NCBI GenBank assembly: GCA_964658525.1
Contig: CAZZZG010000003.1
Span: forward strand, 21,965 to 85,964
DNA from: an uncultured Edaphobacter sp.
GTDB lineage: Bacteria; Acidobacteriota; Terriglobia; Terriglobales; Acidobacteriaceae
DNA: 64,000 nucleotides
Direction: 5' to 3'
This document shows, piece after piece, positions 1 to 9,068 of the stretch. A model generated the notes under the pieces. The model did not search any database. It was not told the origin of the DNA and saw only the letters and a list, made by a program, of their open reading frames with translations. The position numbers and the translations under genes are program-made. The stretch's first letter is position 1. Every line of letters starts with the position of its first letter.

Positions 1-1439
1 GGGACGACAGTAAGAGCAACAAAGTACGAAGCGAAAAGTGAAATGACAACAGCAAGAGCCAAAGCCGAAAATAGGAACTTACTGACGCCGTAGAGAAGCG
101 TGACCGGAAAGAAGACGACCACCGTGGTAAGAGTTCCCGCCAGAACAGGTAAGGCGACCTCTCTTCCACCCTTCTCTGCGGCGACATTGGGGGACTCGCC
201 TCCTTCGAGGTGGCGAAAGATGTTTTCGAGCACAACGACGGAGTTATCGATCAATCGAGAAAGAGCCAGTGCGAGGCCCCCAAGGACCATGCTATTTATC
301 GAACTGCCCGCCAAGTGCAGTACGAAGAAGGTTGTAAGGACTGAGAGTGGGATTGAAAAAAATACGGCGAGTGTGGCCCGCATGCTTCCGAGAAATACGA
401 GGATCATTAGGCAGGTCAGAAAAAGCCCTATACCGCCCTCGTGGATCAGAGTTTCGATCGCCGTCTTTACGAAGCGAGATTGATCGAAGACAACTTTCGT
501 CTCGAGAGTGGACGGCACGTCATACAGTTTTTTGAGCGTCTTTTTTACGCCGTTGACGATGGCAATCGTGTTCGAGTCACCACCTTGTTTGAAGACCGGG
601 ACATAGACTGCACGATCTCCGTCAACGCGGACGATGTTGTACTGGAGTCCGAAGGCGTCTTTCGGAACCGCTACATCTCCAACACGCACGGGCGACTGGC
701 CCTCCATCTTTAGCGGCACCTGGGCGATGTCGTCTGGGCCTTTCAGCATGGAGTTTGTGTAGATGTTGTAGTCCAAGCGACCGATCTGTACGTCACCAGC
801 AGGAAGTATGACGTTTGCCTCATTGACAGAGCGAACGACGTCCATAGGGCTAAGTTGATTTGCTTCGAGCTTGAACGGATCGGTGTAGAGCATGATCTGA
901 CGCCAGCGACCACCGAAGGGCTGAGGAACTGATGCGCCCGGCACCCCGGCCAGTTGATTGCGAACGAAGTTCTGGCCTACATCCTTGAGTGTGCTCTCAT
1001 CCAGACCGGTTCCCCGTAACGTAACCAGCGCAACGGGAAGGCTTGAAACATCCTGCTTGAGGACAATCGGCGGATAAGTACCGGGGGGCATGTCGCGCAT
1101 GTCGCTCATCGCGAGAGTAGAGATTGATGCTGCCGCAGCGTCAGGATTTATCCCGGCGCGAAAGTAGACCTTGATCAGACTTGCGCCGGGTAGCGACCGA
1201 GACTCCATATGGTCGATACCGCTTGCGAGTGTGAACTGCCGTTCGAGGTGATAGGTGATGTTGGTTTCGATCTGCTGCGGCGGCATACCGGAGTAGAACG
1301 TTGCCACTGCAACGACCGGAAGATCCACTGGCGGGAACATGTCCACCGGCATATCAGCCGTACTTACTGTACCCAGAATCATTACAAGAAAACAGACGAC
1401 CAGAATTAGATAGGGGTTGCGTATGGCAAATCCCGACAT
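1..1439 (-). CDS. RND efflux permease (AcrB/CzcA superfamily), N-terminal ~480 codons; the rest lies beyond the window start
   Basis: My translation from ATG 1439-1437 gives MSGFAIRNPYLILVVCFLVMILGTVSTADMPVDMFPPVDLPVVAVATFYSGMPPQQIETNITYHLERQF... It stays open to position 1 (...VVFFPVTLLYGVSKFLFSALALAVVISLFASYFVALTVVP). It is missing from the ORF track because it has no stop inside the window. Confidence 0.9.
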   Translation of the reverse strand, partial: MSGFAIRNPYLILVVCFLVMILGTVSTADMPVDMFPPVDLPVVAVATFYSGMPPQQIETNITYHLERQFTLASGIDHMESRSLPGASLIKVYFRAGINPDAAAASISTLAMSDMRDMPPGTYPPIVLKQDVSSLPVALVTLRGTGLDESTLKDVGQNFVRNQLAGVPGASVPQPFGGRWRQIMLYTDPFKLEANQLSPMDVVRSVNEANVILPAGDVQIGRLDYNIYTNSMLKGPDDIAQVPLKMEGQSPVRVGDVAVPKDAFGLQYNIVRVDGDRAVYVPVFKQGGDSNTIAIVNGVKKTLKKLYDVPSTLETKVVFDQSRFVKTAIETLIHEGGIGLFLTCLMILVFLGSMRATLAVFFSIPLSVLTTFFVLHLAGSSINSMVLGGLALALSRLIDNSVVVLENIFRHLEGGESPNVAAEKGGREVALPVLAGTLTTVVVFFPVTLLYGVSKFLFSALALAVVISLFASYFVALTVV

Positions 1440-1479
1440 AGTGAAAGAATTCCTTACTTTGAGAGGGGATTTTTAAGGA

Positions 1480-2697
1480 TCAACTTGGACTGTCTTCGGC
1501 CTCGTACGAAACTTGGCGGGGAATTACGACTTCTCCCTCGGACAGGCCACTGTGTCGTCCTACGACGACTTGATCTCCCGCGTGCAAGCCCGAAAGAATC
1601 TCAACGCGACCAGGAGTTTGCAGTCCTACTGTTACTGGCACAAGGTGGAGACGACCTTCGTGAACGAGGTAAACGTGCTGCACGGTTGTGCCAAGTCCTT
1701 CAACAGCGTCGACCGGGACGCTCAACACGTTTGGATGGGTTGCCAGATGAAGATGAACTTCGGCGTACATCCCAGGGACAAGTGAACCGTCTAAGTTCGG
1801 AACATCAACTTCGGTGTCCATTGTGCGCGTAGACGTTTCCAGCGAGTCTGCGGACCGCGTGATCTTTCCGGCGAAGGTCCGGTTGAGAGTGGTGACGTTC
1901 ACTTCGACGGGATTTCCATTGTGAATATCGGCCACGGCACTGACAGGCACAGGCAGGGTGAGCCGCAACAAGTTGTTTTGCGCCAGACGGACAACAGGCA
2001 TCGCCTGCGTCTGCGAGGAGATACCCGCCTGAATCATCGAGCCTGTGTTTGCATATCGCTTTGTGATTACACCGGTGAACGGAGCCCGAATCGTAGCATA
2101 TTGAAGCATGGTAACTGTCCGTTGGTGCTCCGACTCCGCTTGGGTCAACATCTCCTGAGCGCTCCGCAGCGCGGATTGAGCACTCGCAAGCTGCGCTGCG
2201 GCTTCGAGATCGTGAGCCTGGGCGACATCTACCTCCTGCCTGGGCACCAGTCCAGGCTGCTTCACGGAGACATCCTGTATACGCTGAAAAGAGAGGTGTG
2301 CAATGTTCTCTCCCGCTTCAGCACGAGTGACGGCAGCCCGCGCGGTGGTGATGTTGGCTTGAGCTGCCGCGACTCCCGCGGAGGCTTTGGCCATATCGTT
2401 CTGTAGCTCGGGAACCTCGAGGGTTGCCAGGAGATCACCCTCTCGAACGTGGTCGCCGATGTCGACTCGTATGTTCTTCACGTAGCCCGCGACCTTCGCC
2501 ATCACGTCAACATCCTGATATGGCGTGAATTCGGCCGTGAGGACAAGCTCGTTGGTGAGGTTTGCAGGCCGAGCGGTTGCGGTCGGCACCGTTGGTTGCT
2601 CGGCAGCCGACGTCGTGGTTTGGCGACAGGCGATCAGGAAACTAGACAGGGTTGCTGCAGTTACGCCAAATAGGACGGCTCGTAAGGAGGCTGGCAT
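1480..2697 (-). CDS. RND periplasmic adaptor (HlyD/AcrA membrane-fusion family) lipoprotein
   Basis: 405-aa ORF with a lipobox-like SSFLIAC. It carries a lipoyl-like motif (VAGYVKNIRVDIGDHVREGDLLATLEVPEL) and an Ala/Gln-rich hairpin, and sits 41 nt upstream of the RND gene. Confidence 0.9.
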   Translation of the reverse strand: MPASLRAVLFGVTAATLSSFLIACRQTTTSAAEQPTVPTATARPANLTNELVLTAEFTPYQDVDVMAKVAGYVKNIRVDIGDHVREGDLLATLEVPELQNDMAKASAGVAAAQANITTARAAVTRAEAGENIAHLSFQRIQDVSVKQPGLVPRQEVDVAQAHDLEAAAQLASAQSALRSAQEMLTQAESEHQRTVTMLQYATIRAPFTGVITKRYANTGSMIQAGISSQTQAMPVVRLAQNNLLRLTLPVPVSAVADIHNGNPVEVNVTTLNRTFAGKITRSADSLETSTRTMDTEVDVPNLDGSLVPGMYAEVHLHLATHPNVLSVPVDAVEGLGTTVQHVYLVHEGRLHLVPVTVGLQTPGRVEILSGLHAGDQVVVGRHSGLSEGEVVIPRQVSYEAEDSPS

Positions 2698-2710
2698 GGC
2701 AGTAGATCCT

Positions 2711-4054
2711 CTAGTTCAAAAGTCCCGCGGCGAAGTCAAGCTCCGCACGTCGGGTAAGGTAGGTGTACATCACTCCGGCAGCGTTGATCTCTGCGGATGT
2801 CTCGCTCAGTTCCGCTTCGTTGAGTTCCACGATGCTGCCCAGGCCTGCCTGGTATCTGGCCTGAGCCAATCGCAGTGACTCTTTGCTCTGTGCTACCAGA
2901 CGAGTGGAGACGTCGAGACTTCTATATGCCTCCATCGCCTGCGACCAATCGTTCTGGACCTGTTCGTTCACTTCCAGCTTCACTTCTTCCACGTCGCGTG
3001 TGCGGGCATTGGACTCAAGTTCTGCTTCGGTACGACGTGCTGCGAAAAGGCCACCATTAAAAACTGGAATACTTAGATTGAATCCGGCTGCCGCGTAGTT
3101 TCCCTGCAACGTGCGGTCGTGGAAGGGAATCTGCCCCGCAACACCAAGCGCGTTCAGTGTGGGGTAACTGAGCCGCCGCTCTGATTCGGCGAAGCGGGAT
3201 GCCGCATCTTGTTGAGAGATGGCTGCATTCAAATCTGCACGCTGCAAGTCGGCTTGAGCCAAGAACGATGATGGATCCAGCGGAAGCTGAGATGAAAGTT
3301 GTTCTGCGACGAGTGTTGCGGTGACAGGTTGCAGCTGGCCCATCGCAGTGGCGAGGTGAGTGCGTTGTTGCTGCACGGAACTTTCGGCACGAACCACAGC
3401 GAGCTCCGCTTCACTCTCAAGAACGCTTGCGAAGCTTACGTCGAGCGTTGAGCGCAGTTGACTGCCAGCAAGTGCGCTAATCTGGCGCACAATCAACTGA
3501 CGGTTTCCTTGAGCTTCCCTTGCCGCGTGGAGCACGGCCTCCGCGCCCATAACCTGGAAGTAGGCGCTGCGGACACTTAGACGAATCTGAGCGGCAGTCA
3601 ATGTTGTCATAGCTTTCTGCGCATCAGCCAGAGAGCGCTGCGCTCCGACCAAAGCGCTCGTTCTGCCGAAGTCGGTCACTAGCTGAACGAGGTTTCCGCC
3701 ATAAGCGAACCTGTCTGAGATCGAAGAGGTCGTCAGCGCCCCTGCGGCGGTTGATGTGCCCGTGTCTGCGACAGCGGCGCCGGTTGCATTGAAGGCAACC
3801 GTGGGAAAAAGACCTGAACGCGCCTCGCGAACTCTTTGCCCTGCAGCCCGTGTACGTAGTTGTGCTGCCAGAAGCCTGGGCTGATTCGCAATCGCGATCG
3901 ACTCTGCCTGAGCAAGCGTCAACGTTGTAGATGCCGATGCCGCTTCCGGGGAATGCGAATTCGGTGTGGTCTGAGAACTTTGTCCGTAAGACCCTGCAGC
4001 TCCGACCAAAAACAGCAAAATGCTCCCTAAATAAGTTTTGTATCTCCGACCCAT
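2711..4054 (-). CDS. TolC-family outer membrane efflux protein
   Basis: 447-aa ORF with a signal peptide. It has two long Ala/Gln/Leu-rich repeat halves typical of OMF proteins and lies 14 nt upstream of the adaptor gene. Confidence 0.85.
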   Translation of the reverse strand: MGRRYKTYLGSILLFLVGAAGSYGQSSQTTPNSHSPEAASASTTLTLAQAESIAIANQPRLLAAQLRTRAAGQRVREARSGLFPTVAFNATGAAVADTGTSTAAGALTTSSISDRFAYGGNLVQLVTDFGRTSALVGAQRSLADAQKAMTTLTAAQIRLSVRSAYFQVMGAEAVLHAAREAQGNRQLIVRQISALAGSQLRSTLDVSFASVLESEAELAVVRAESSVQQQRTHLATAMGQLQPVTATLVAEQLSSQLPLDPSSFLAQADLQRADLNAAISQQDAASRFAESERRLSYPTLNALGVAGQIPFHDRTLQGNYAAAGFNLSIPVFNGGLFAARRTEAELESNARTRDVEEVKLEVNEQVQNDWSQAMEAYRSLDVSTRLVAQSKESLRLAQARYQAGLGSIVELNEAELSETSAEINAAGVMYTYLTRRAELDFAAGLLN

Positions 4055-4422
4055 TACGACAGAACCTTTTCAGCTGTGGTGATGCTCTTTAGAACCTCTG
4101 TCGGATGAGCCTCGACTAGCCCGTCGGTCACCATCGTTAGTAGCTCTGGCAAAATGGCTTTTACCTTGGCGACTTCGTCAACGAAGTAGACGAGCACAGA
4201 GAGATGTTCTCCGACCACTGACCCAGCGTCCCTACTATGCAAGCGCTGATGCGCTCCAAAACCGGCGTGGGCGCGCAATGCGGTTGCTCCATCGATACCG
4301 CGATCCTGGAGGAACTGAAGAATGTCATCATAAAGAAAACCCCGTGCCGAACCGGTATCCTGGTTCAGATGCACGGTGACCTTCATCGCAGGACCTGCTT
4401 TGAGCATCAAAAAAAACTCCAA
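4054..4422 (-). CDS. DUF190 (PII-like fold) small protein; start uncertain (TTG 4422, ATG 4407 or ATG 4386)
   Basis: The segment IDGATALRAHAGFGAHQRLHS...VLVYFVDEVAKVKAILPEL matches the DUF190/UPF0166 pattern (GATVlrGieGFG...iHt). Its stop shares one nucleotide with the tolC-like start at 4054. Confidence 0.7.
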   Translation of the reverse strand: MEFFLMLKAGPAMKVTVHLNQDTGSARGFLYDDILQFLQDRGIDGATALRAHAGFGAHQRLHSRDAGSVVGEHLSVLVYFVDEVAKVKAILPELLTMVTDGLVEAHPTEVLKSITTAEKVLS

Positions 4423-4455
4423 GGTGTCAGCACTCTAGGTTGAATAGCAAGAATT

Positions 4456-4477
4456 GGAGCCCCCGACTCAGGGCTCC
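4456..4477 (-). terminator. Candidate intrinsic terminator hairpin downstream of the 4495..5283 gene
   Basis: GGAGCCC (4456-4462), an 8-nt loop, then GGGCTCC (4471-4477). On the minus strand it is followed by AATTCTTGCTATT. Confidence 0.4.
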
Positions 4478-4494
4478 ATTCTTATGGGTTGCCG

Positions 4495-5283
4495 CTACTC
4501 GGAAACGAGGCCAGCTTCTCCCGGCAGCACTTCCAGCAACGCAGTGCTATGAGCCCATAGCTTTGGTGAGCGGCGTCGGGAGACCAGTGTCAAGGTTGAA
4601 TGTTCTCCGGTCTTTCCAGTACCTATGAGGGCACAATCGGCAAACCCGTATAGTCCACATGCCGACGCAGAGAACAATCCCATGGACTCCTCGGTGTCGC
4701 TTGCGTCACAACTGTCAGGGCTGTTACCAGATGCTGAGATCAGGTGTGCGTAGATGCCGCCACGTTTCTGATACCCCACGATGTCTCCATCCTGCGACAT
4801 CACGCCCTTCTGGGATGGCGTCACCAAGTCTCCGCCAATCTGAGTCACCGTGCCGAGTTGGTCTTCGTCATTGGCCTTCGGCGTTCTCGCTGCCCACGCG
4901 GTTAGTGGATCGGCGAGAGCGCGAACATATACGTTCAATGGCAGGCTCTTACCCTGATCGTCGATGGAGTCAAAGTGGATTGCGAGTACGCCTTGCTGCT
5001 GCTTGGCGTACGGAGTTGCATCAAAGACGAAGGCGCTTGACACCGTTACATGCCCTGTAACCCTGGATCCTGCAGGTATAGCCTGTCCATTGGATAGATG
5101 AACGGGCTGAGTTGTCTTTGCTGAGATCGCATCGCCGACGTGAACATGCTTTGAATCAATGCCTCGATCAAAGTTAATTGGAAGGGTTGTTCTGGGCGAC
5201 AATAGAGTTGTTGGGGCCTGCGCCGCAGCGAGCTGTGCCGAGAACGCGGCGATTACTGTAAACAAGATTGGCTTCATCTTCAC
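4495..5283 (-). CDS. Secreted protein of unknown function
   Basis: 262-aa ORF with a clear signal peptide (MKMKPILFTVIAAFSAQLAAAQA). I recognise no family motif. Confidence 0.65.
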   Translation of the reverse strand: MKMKPILFTVIAAFSAQLAAAQAPTTLLSPRTTLPINFDRGIDSKHVHVGDAISAKTTQPVHLSNGQAIPAGSRVTGHVTVSSAFVFDATPYAKQQQGVLAIHFDSIDDQGKSLPLNVYVRALADPLTAWAARTPKANDEDQLGTVTQIGGDLVTPSQKGVMSQDGDIVGYQKRGGIYAHLISASGNSPDSCDASDTEESMGLFSASACGLYGFADCALIGTGKTGEHSTLTLVSRRRSPKLWAHSTALLEVLPGEAGLVSE

Positions 5284-5332
5284 TCCGCATGCCGGTAGTA
5301 CCGGCGACAGACAGAGTGGATCATGGAAGCCC

Positions 5333-5360
5333 CTTACACCTGACTTACATTTTCCTTACA
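5333..5360. promoter_or_regulatory. Three direct CTTACA repeats at exact 11-bp spacing; candidate OmpR-family (CusR-like) operator
   Basis: CTTACA occurs at 5333-5338, 5344-5349 and 5355-5360. The repeats lie in the divergent intergenic region between the 4495..5283 gene and the response regulator gene. Confidence 0.45.
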
Positions 5361-5408
5361 TCACAACCCATCCCCTTGCCCTGACGGCAATCCTAAGAAA
5401 TCATCATT

Positions 5409-6131
5409 ATGGAGATTGCTGTGCAAGATAAGCCTAAACTCGGCCGAGTCCTGATCGTCGAAGACGACCGGAAGACGGCGGACGCTCTCGTAGCGGGTTT
5501 GGAACGCGGAGGCTACGAGACCATCCTCGCTCGCACCGGCGAAGAAGCTTTTTTTCTCGTGCATGCTAAGAATCCGGACCTTGTTGTGCTCGACCTCACC
5601 TTACCTCAGCGGGGCGGGCTTGAAATCCTTGCGCAGATTCGTGCTCACTCTCTTACTCTTCGTGTTCTGATTTTGACCTCACATAATTCTATCGATGATC
5701 GCGTTACGGGTTTGAACGCCGGAGCTGATGACTATCTGGGCAAACCTTTTTCCTTCCCTGAGCTAGTGGCACGCATTGCATCGCTGCTGCGCCGTAGCAC
5801 CGGCGTTTCCGAGCGTTCCCCGTCCTTGAAGTTGGCAGACTTGACCCTCGACGCGCAAACAAGAACGGTCAGCCGTTCCGGCAGTGTTATCGACGTTACG
5901 ACGCGTGAGTTTGATCTTCTTCTTTATCTGCTCAACCATCGAAATGATGCAGTTTCGCGAGAGATGCTTGCTAAGGATGTCTGGAAGGAAGTATCACGAT
6001 TCACCCCCATCGATAACGTAATTGATGTGCAGATGACGCGCCTCCGCAGAAAAATCGACGATCCTTTTCCGGTCAAGCTCCTCCACACAATCCGCGGGGT
6101 AGGATTCATTCTTCGGGAGCCGGAACAGTGA
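5409..6131 (+). CDS. OmpR-family response regulator, heavy-metal (CusR/CopR-like) subgroup
   Basis: Receiver domain (RVLIVEDD, DLVVLDLTLP) plus a winged-helix C-terminus. The segment NVIDVQMTRLRRKIDDPFPVKLLHTIRGVGFIL closely resembles CusR/CopR tails. Confidence 0.85.
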   Translation: MEIAVQDKPKLGRVLIVEDDRKTADALVAGLERGGYETILARTGEEAFFLVHAKNPDLVVLDLTLPQRGGLEILAQIRAHSLTLRVLILTSHNSIDDRVTGLNAGADDYLGKPFSFPELVARIASLLRRSTGVSERSPSLKLADLTLDAQTRTVSRSGSVIDVTTREFDLLLYLLNHRNDAVSREMLAKDVWKEVSRFTPIDNVIDVQMTRLRRKIDDPFPVKLLHTIRGVGFILREPEQ

Positions 6132-7546
6132 TATTCACTCGCCCCGCGAATATTCGTACCCGACTGGCCATATGGTTTGTCGCGATTTTGGCCAGCATAC
6201 TTGTCGTGTACATCGCAGCAGTAATCATCTTCCAGTATGTGCTGCTTGAGAGACAGATCTACCACGACGAGATCCAAGATGTTGAAACAGTCGAAGGTCT
6301 GCTGTACTTTGATCCGCGGGGAGCACTGCACCTGCAGGAGAACTACCATTCTCACCCACAGTCACGCCTGCTTGAGGATCGCCTCATGGAGATTCGTGAC
6401 CTCTCTGGAAAAATTTTATATCGCAGTGAGACATTGCATGGTCAGGTTCTTGGCGGGGCTTCGTGGCCCGACGAAGGAGCTAATTCCTATAATGAACGTT
6501 CGACGAGGCTCAGCGACGGTACCCGCGTTCTCCTCATAAGCCATCTCCATCCAATAAAAGACAAGCTTGTTCTAATCAGACTTGGCTACAGCATGGCGCC
6601 ACTAGAAGACCGCATGCTGCGGTTCTTCTTCCTCCTTTTAGTGGTGACACCCGTCGGTTTAATCTTGGCCGGCTTCGCGGGCTACCGAATCGCAAAGAGA
6701 GCGCTTTTGCCCCTTGATCTGATGGCCGCCCGAGCCGAGTCGATTACGGCAAGTAACCTAAATGATCGAATCGTAGTTGAACACCCTCATGACGAGTTGG
6801 GCCATATGGCAAAGGTGCTCAACCATCTTCTGGAGCGTCTGGAGCAGGCTTTCGTTCAGCTACAGCGATTTACTGCCGATGCGGCGCACGAGCTCCGCAC
6901 TCCCCTATCGTCTCTCCGTGCCACAGGAGAGGTCGCTCTACAGGAGAGCCGCAGTGAGTCTGGTTATCGGGATTCAATTGGCAGCATGCTTGAGGAAACA
7001 ACCCGTCTCAATCAAACGATCGACGGGCTTCTTTTGCTGGCACGCGCCGAGACGACACGGTCCGACGGGGCGAGCACGTCGTTTTCTCTGACTGAACTTA
7101 TTGATGAAATTCTCGCCCTCTTAGAGGTGTTACTCGAAGAGCGGCACATTACTGTGCGACAGGAGCGTGGTGACGTTGGGTCTACACTTTTGTTTGCAGA
7201 TCGCAGTCTGGTCCGTGTGGCGCTTTTGAACGTACTGCATAATGCAGTCAAGTTTTCGCCCGATCAGTCAACAATTCATATTGGTTTTTCGCGCCATGAC
7301 ACTGATGGCCGCCTCTTTCAAAGGGTCTGTGTTCACGATAGCGGCCCCGGAGTTGCAACCGGAGAAGTTACTCAGGTCTTTGAGCGTTTCTTTACGAGCA
7401 ACTCGCCTAATACTTCAAAGTACAGTGGATCTGGGCTCGGGCTTTCGATCGCAAAGTTGATTGTCGACCGTAACGGTGGTCAGATTTTTTTCGATATGTC
7501 GGTTGAGCACGGGGCCAAATGCTGTGTTGATCTTCCGTTGCTCTGA
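6128..7546 (+). CDS. Sensor histidine kinase, CusS-like heavy-metal sensor type
   Basis: Two TM segments flank a periplasmic loop, followed by a HAMP region. H-box FTADAAHELRTPL and G-boxes (DSGPGV, GSGLGLSI) are present. The start overlaps the regulator stop by 4 nt. Confidence 0.85.
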   Translation: MIFTRPANIRTRLAIWFVAILASILVVYIAAVIIFQYVLLERQIYHDEIQDVETVEGLLYFDPRGALHLQENYHSHPQSRLLEDRLMEIRDLSGKILYRSETLHGQVLGGASWPDEGANSYNERSTRLSDGTRVLLISHLHPIKDKLVLIRLGYSMAPLEDRMLRFFFLLLVVTPVGLILAGFAGYRIAKRALLPLDLMAARAESITASNLNDRIVVEHPHDELGHMAKVLNHLLERLEQAFVQLQRFTADAAHELRTPLSSLRATGEVALQESRSESGYRDSIGSMLEETTRLNQTIDGLLLLARAETTRSDGASTSFSLTELIDEILALLEVLLEERHITVRQERGDVGSTLLFADRSLVRVALLNVLHNAVKFSPDQSTIHIGFSRHDTDGRLFQRVCVHDSGPGVATGEVTQVFERFFTSNSPNTSKYSGSGLGLSIAKLIVDRNGGQIFFDMSVEHGAKCCVDLPLL

Positions 7547-7587
7547 AGACTTGGTGAATTTCAAGATGCAGGCGTGATCCTCTTACG

Positions 7588-8082
7588 CTAGTCGTGGGTG
7601 ATGTCGTTGTCTTGCTCCGTGGAGACGGGTGATCCTGGGAGGAGTCGTATGAGCCTGGGAAAGAGAAAAGCTATCACAAAGTAGGCCGCGGTGACCGCAG
7701 CTGCGAGGAGGAGAAGACCCGCGCCACAGGCCATGCCCACTCCGGTGACGAGCCAGATGGTAGCGGCGGTGGTGAGGCCGTTGACTCGATCCTCTCTTAC
7801 GAAGATCAGCCCAGCTCCGATGAAGCCGATACCTGTAACGATCTGGGCTGCGACACGAGAGGGGTCGAGGACGACCTGACCAGGAGTAAGTACGTCCGTG
7901 AAGCCATACTTGGAGACAAGCAGAAAGAGAGCTGCGGTCGTGCCGACAACAGTGTAAGTTCGGAGTCCGGCACTCTTGCGGCGAACTTCGCGCTCGAGCC
8001 CGATCAATGCAGAAAGTAAGAAGGCAGTACCGAGTTCAATGAATTGCTTAAGTCCCTGCCCCGCTGTGCCGAAGATCACCAT
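7588..8082 (-). CDS. MgtC/SapB-family membrane protein
   Basis: The segment LIGLEREVRRKSAGLRTYTVVGTTAALF...IVTGIGFIGAGLIF is the MgtC-family signature. Confidence 0.8.
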   Translation of the reverse strand: MVIFGTAGQGLKQFIELGTAFLLSALIGLEREVRRKSAGLRTYTVVGTTAALFLLVSKYGFTDVLTPGQVVLDPSRVAAQIVTGIGFIGAGLIFVREDRVNGLTTAATIWLVTGVGMACGAGLLLLAAAVTAAYFVIAFLFPRLIRLLPGSPVSTEQDNDITHD

Positions 8083-8149
8083 GGTTCACATCCTAGCCCC
8101 GCACCGGAAAGTAAGCGAAGAGGGCCAGAACTTACACTTACCACTGACC

Positions 8150-8917
8150 TCACACGAAACTAGGGTCATAGCTCACAACGCCCCACTGACGATCCACGAC
8201 TTCGCGGTGGGCCGCCATGATCCAGACAAAATTCAAGCATGACCCCGGCATCGAGACATTGGGATGGTAGCCAGCAGGCAACAGTACCGCGTCACCTTCG
8301 CGAACAACCTCAATCTGTGCTGGGCCGATCTCATCTGTATAAACAAGTTGCAATCCGAATGCTGGTGATGGCATATCAACGTATACGTAAATTTCTTCAA
8401 GCATTGCGGCGTGTTCATGTGGTGGCCAACTAGTCCAGTTACCGGGCAGAGACCGCGTGATACCGACGATGAGCCTCCCAGCCTGAATATTGCTGCCCAA
8501 CAAGATACTGATGTCCCGGCGGGCGCCATCGATCCCGACAAAGAAATGAAGCTTTTCGTCGCCCTCAACATTTTCAGCTGCAACAAACTGCAGGGAGTAG
8601 AGGCCGTCCACCGGCGCAGAACATTCGAGCAAATCGACTGTCTGTTCCGTGTGGATGGACATCAACAACCCCTTAGGGACATATAAAGCATCGTTTCGCT
8701 TCATTGTGAACAAATCACCATTCACAGATACGACACATGTACCCCGTAGGCAAACCAGCCCTGTCTCTTGACCGTCATTCGAGAAACAAATCTTCGAATC
8801 AGATTTATCGAGCCGAACGCGGCCATAGCTCACCAGCTTCATTGATCCATCAGCGGGCTGAACAAAAATTCTGCGGCCCCGTTCATTTGCAGTACCGGTG
8901 ATCAACCGCTTTGTCAT
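8150..8917 (-). CDS. iolB: 5-deoxy-glucuronate isomerase (IolB family)
   Basis: GNWTSWPPHEHAAMLEEIYVYV...LQLVYTD...LLPAGYHPNV parallels B. subtilis IolB (GNWSSYPPHKHD...EETYYH...FQRVYTD...VPAGYHP). Confidence 0.8.
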   Translation of the reverse strand: MTKRLITGTANERGRRIFVQPADGSMKLVSYGRVRLDKSDSKICFSNDGQETGLVCLRGTCVVSVNGDLFTMKRNDALYVPKGLLMSIHTEQTVDLLECSAPVDGLYSLQFVAAENVEGDEKLHFFVGIDGARRDISILLGSNIQAGRLIVGITRSLPGNWTSWPPHEHAAMLEEIYVYVDMPSPAFGLQLVYTDEIGPAQIEVVREGDAVLLPAGYHPNVSMPGSCLNFVWIMAAHREVVDRQWGVVSYDPSFV

Positions 8918-9068
8918 TGCATTTCACCTTTCCGACTGACAACTGCCAGGAATCGATACCTCTCCCACCCGCAGAGGCGGTTCGTTGCAAAAATATCTTG
9001 CCAGAGAATCTCTATTTTGGCTATAGTTAGCGGTAACGTCGTTGGTAGATCGTCAAAAGGAGCGCCAT

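Noticed and set aside
100-1409. Plus-strand track ORFs (100..483, 347..535, 441..713, 1209..1409)
   Set aside because: They lie antisense inside a well-supported RND permease reading frame and have Arg/Ser-rich, low-complexity translations.
4385-4500. Fluoride riboswitch upstream of the DUF190 gene
   Set aside because: I read the minus-strand leader and found no GGnGAUGG...AAC.GCC...GAUG.CCUnC-like core. It contains only a simple terminator-like hairpin belonging to the upstream gene.
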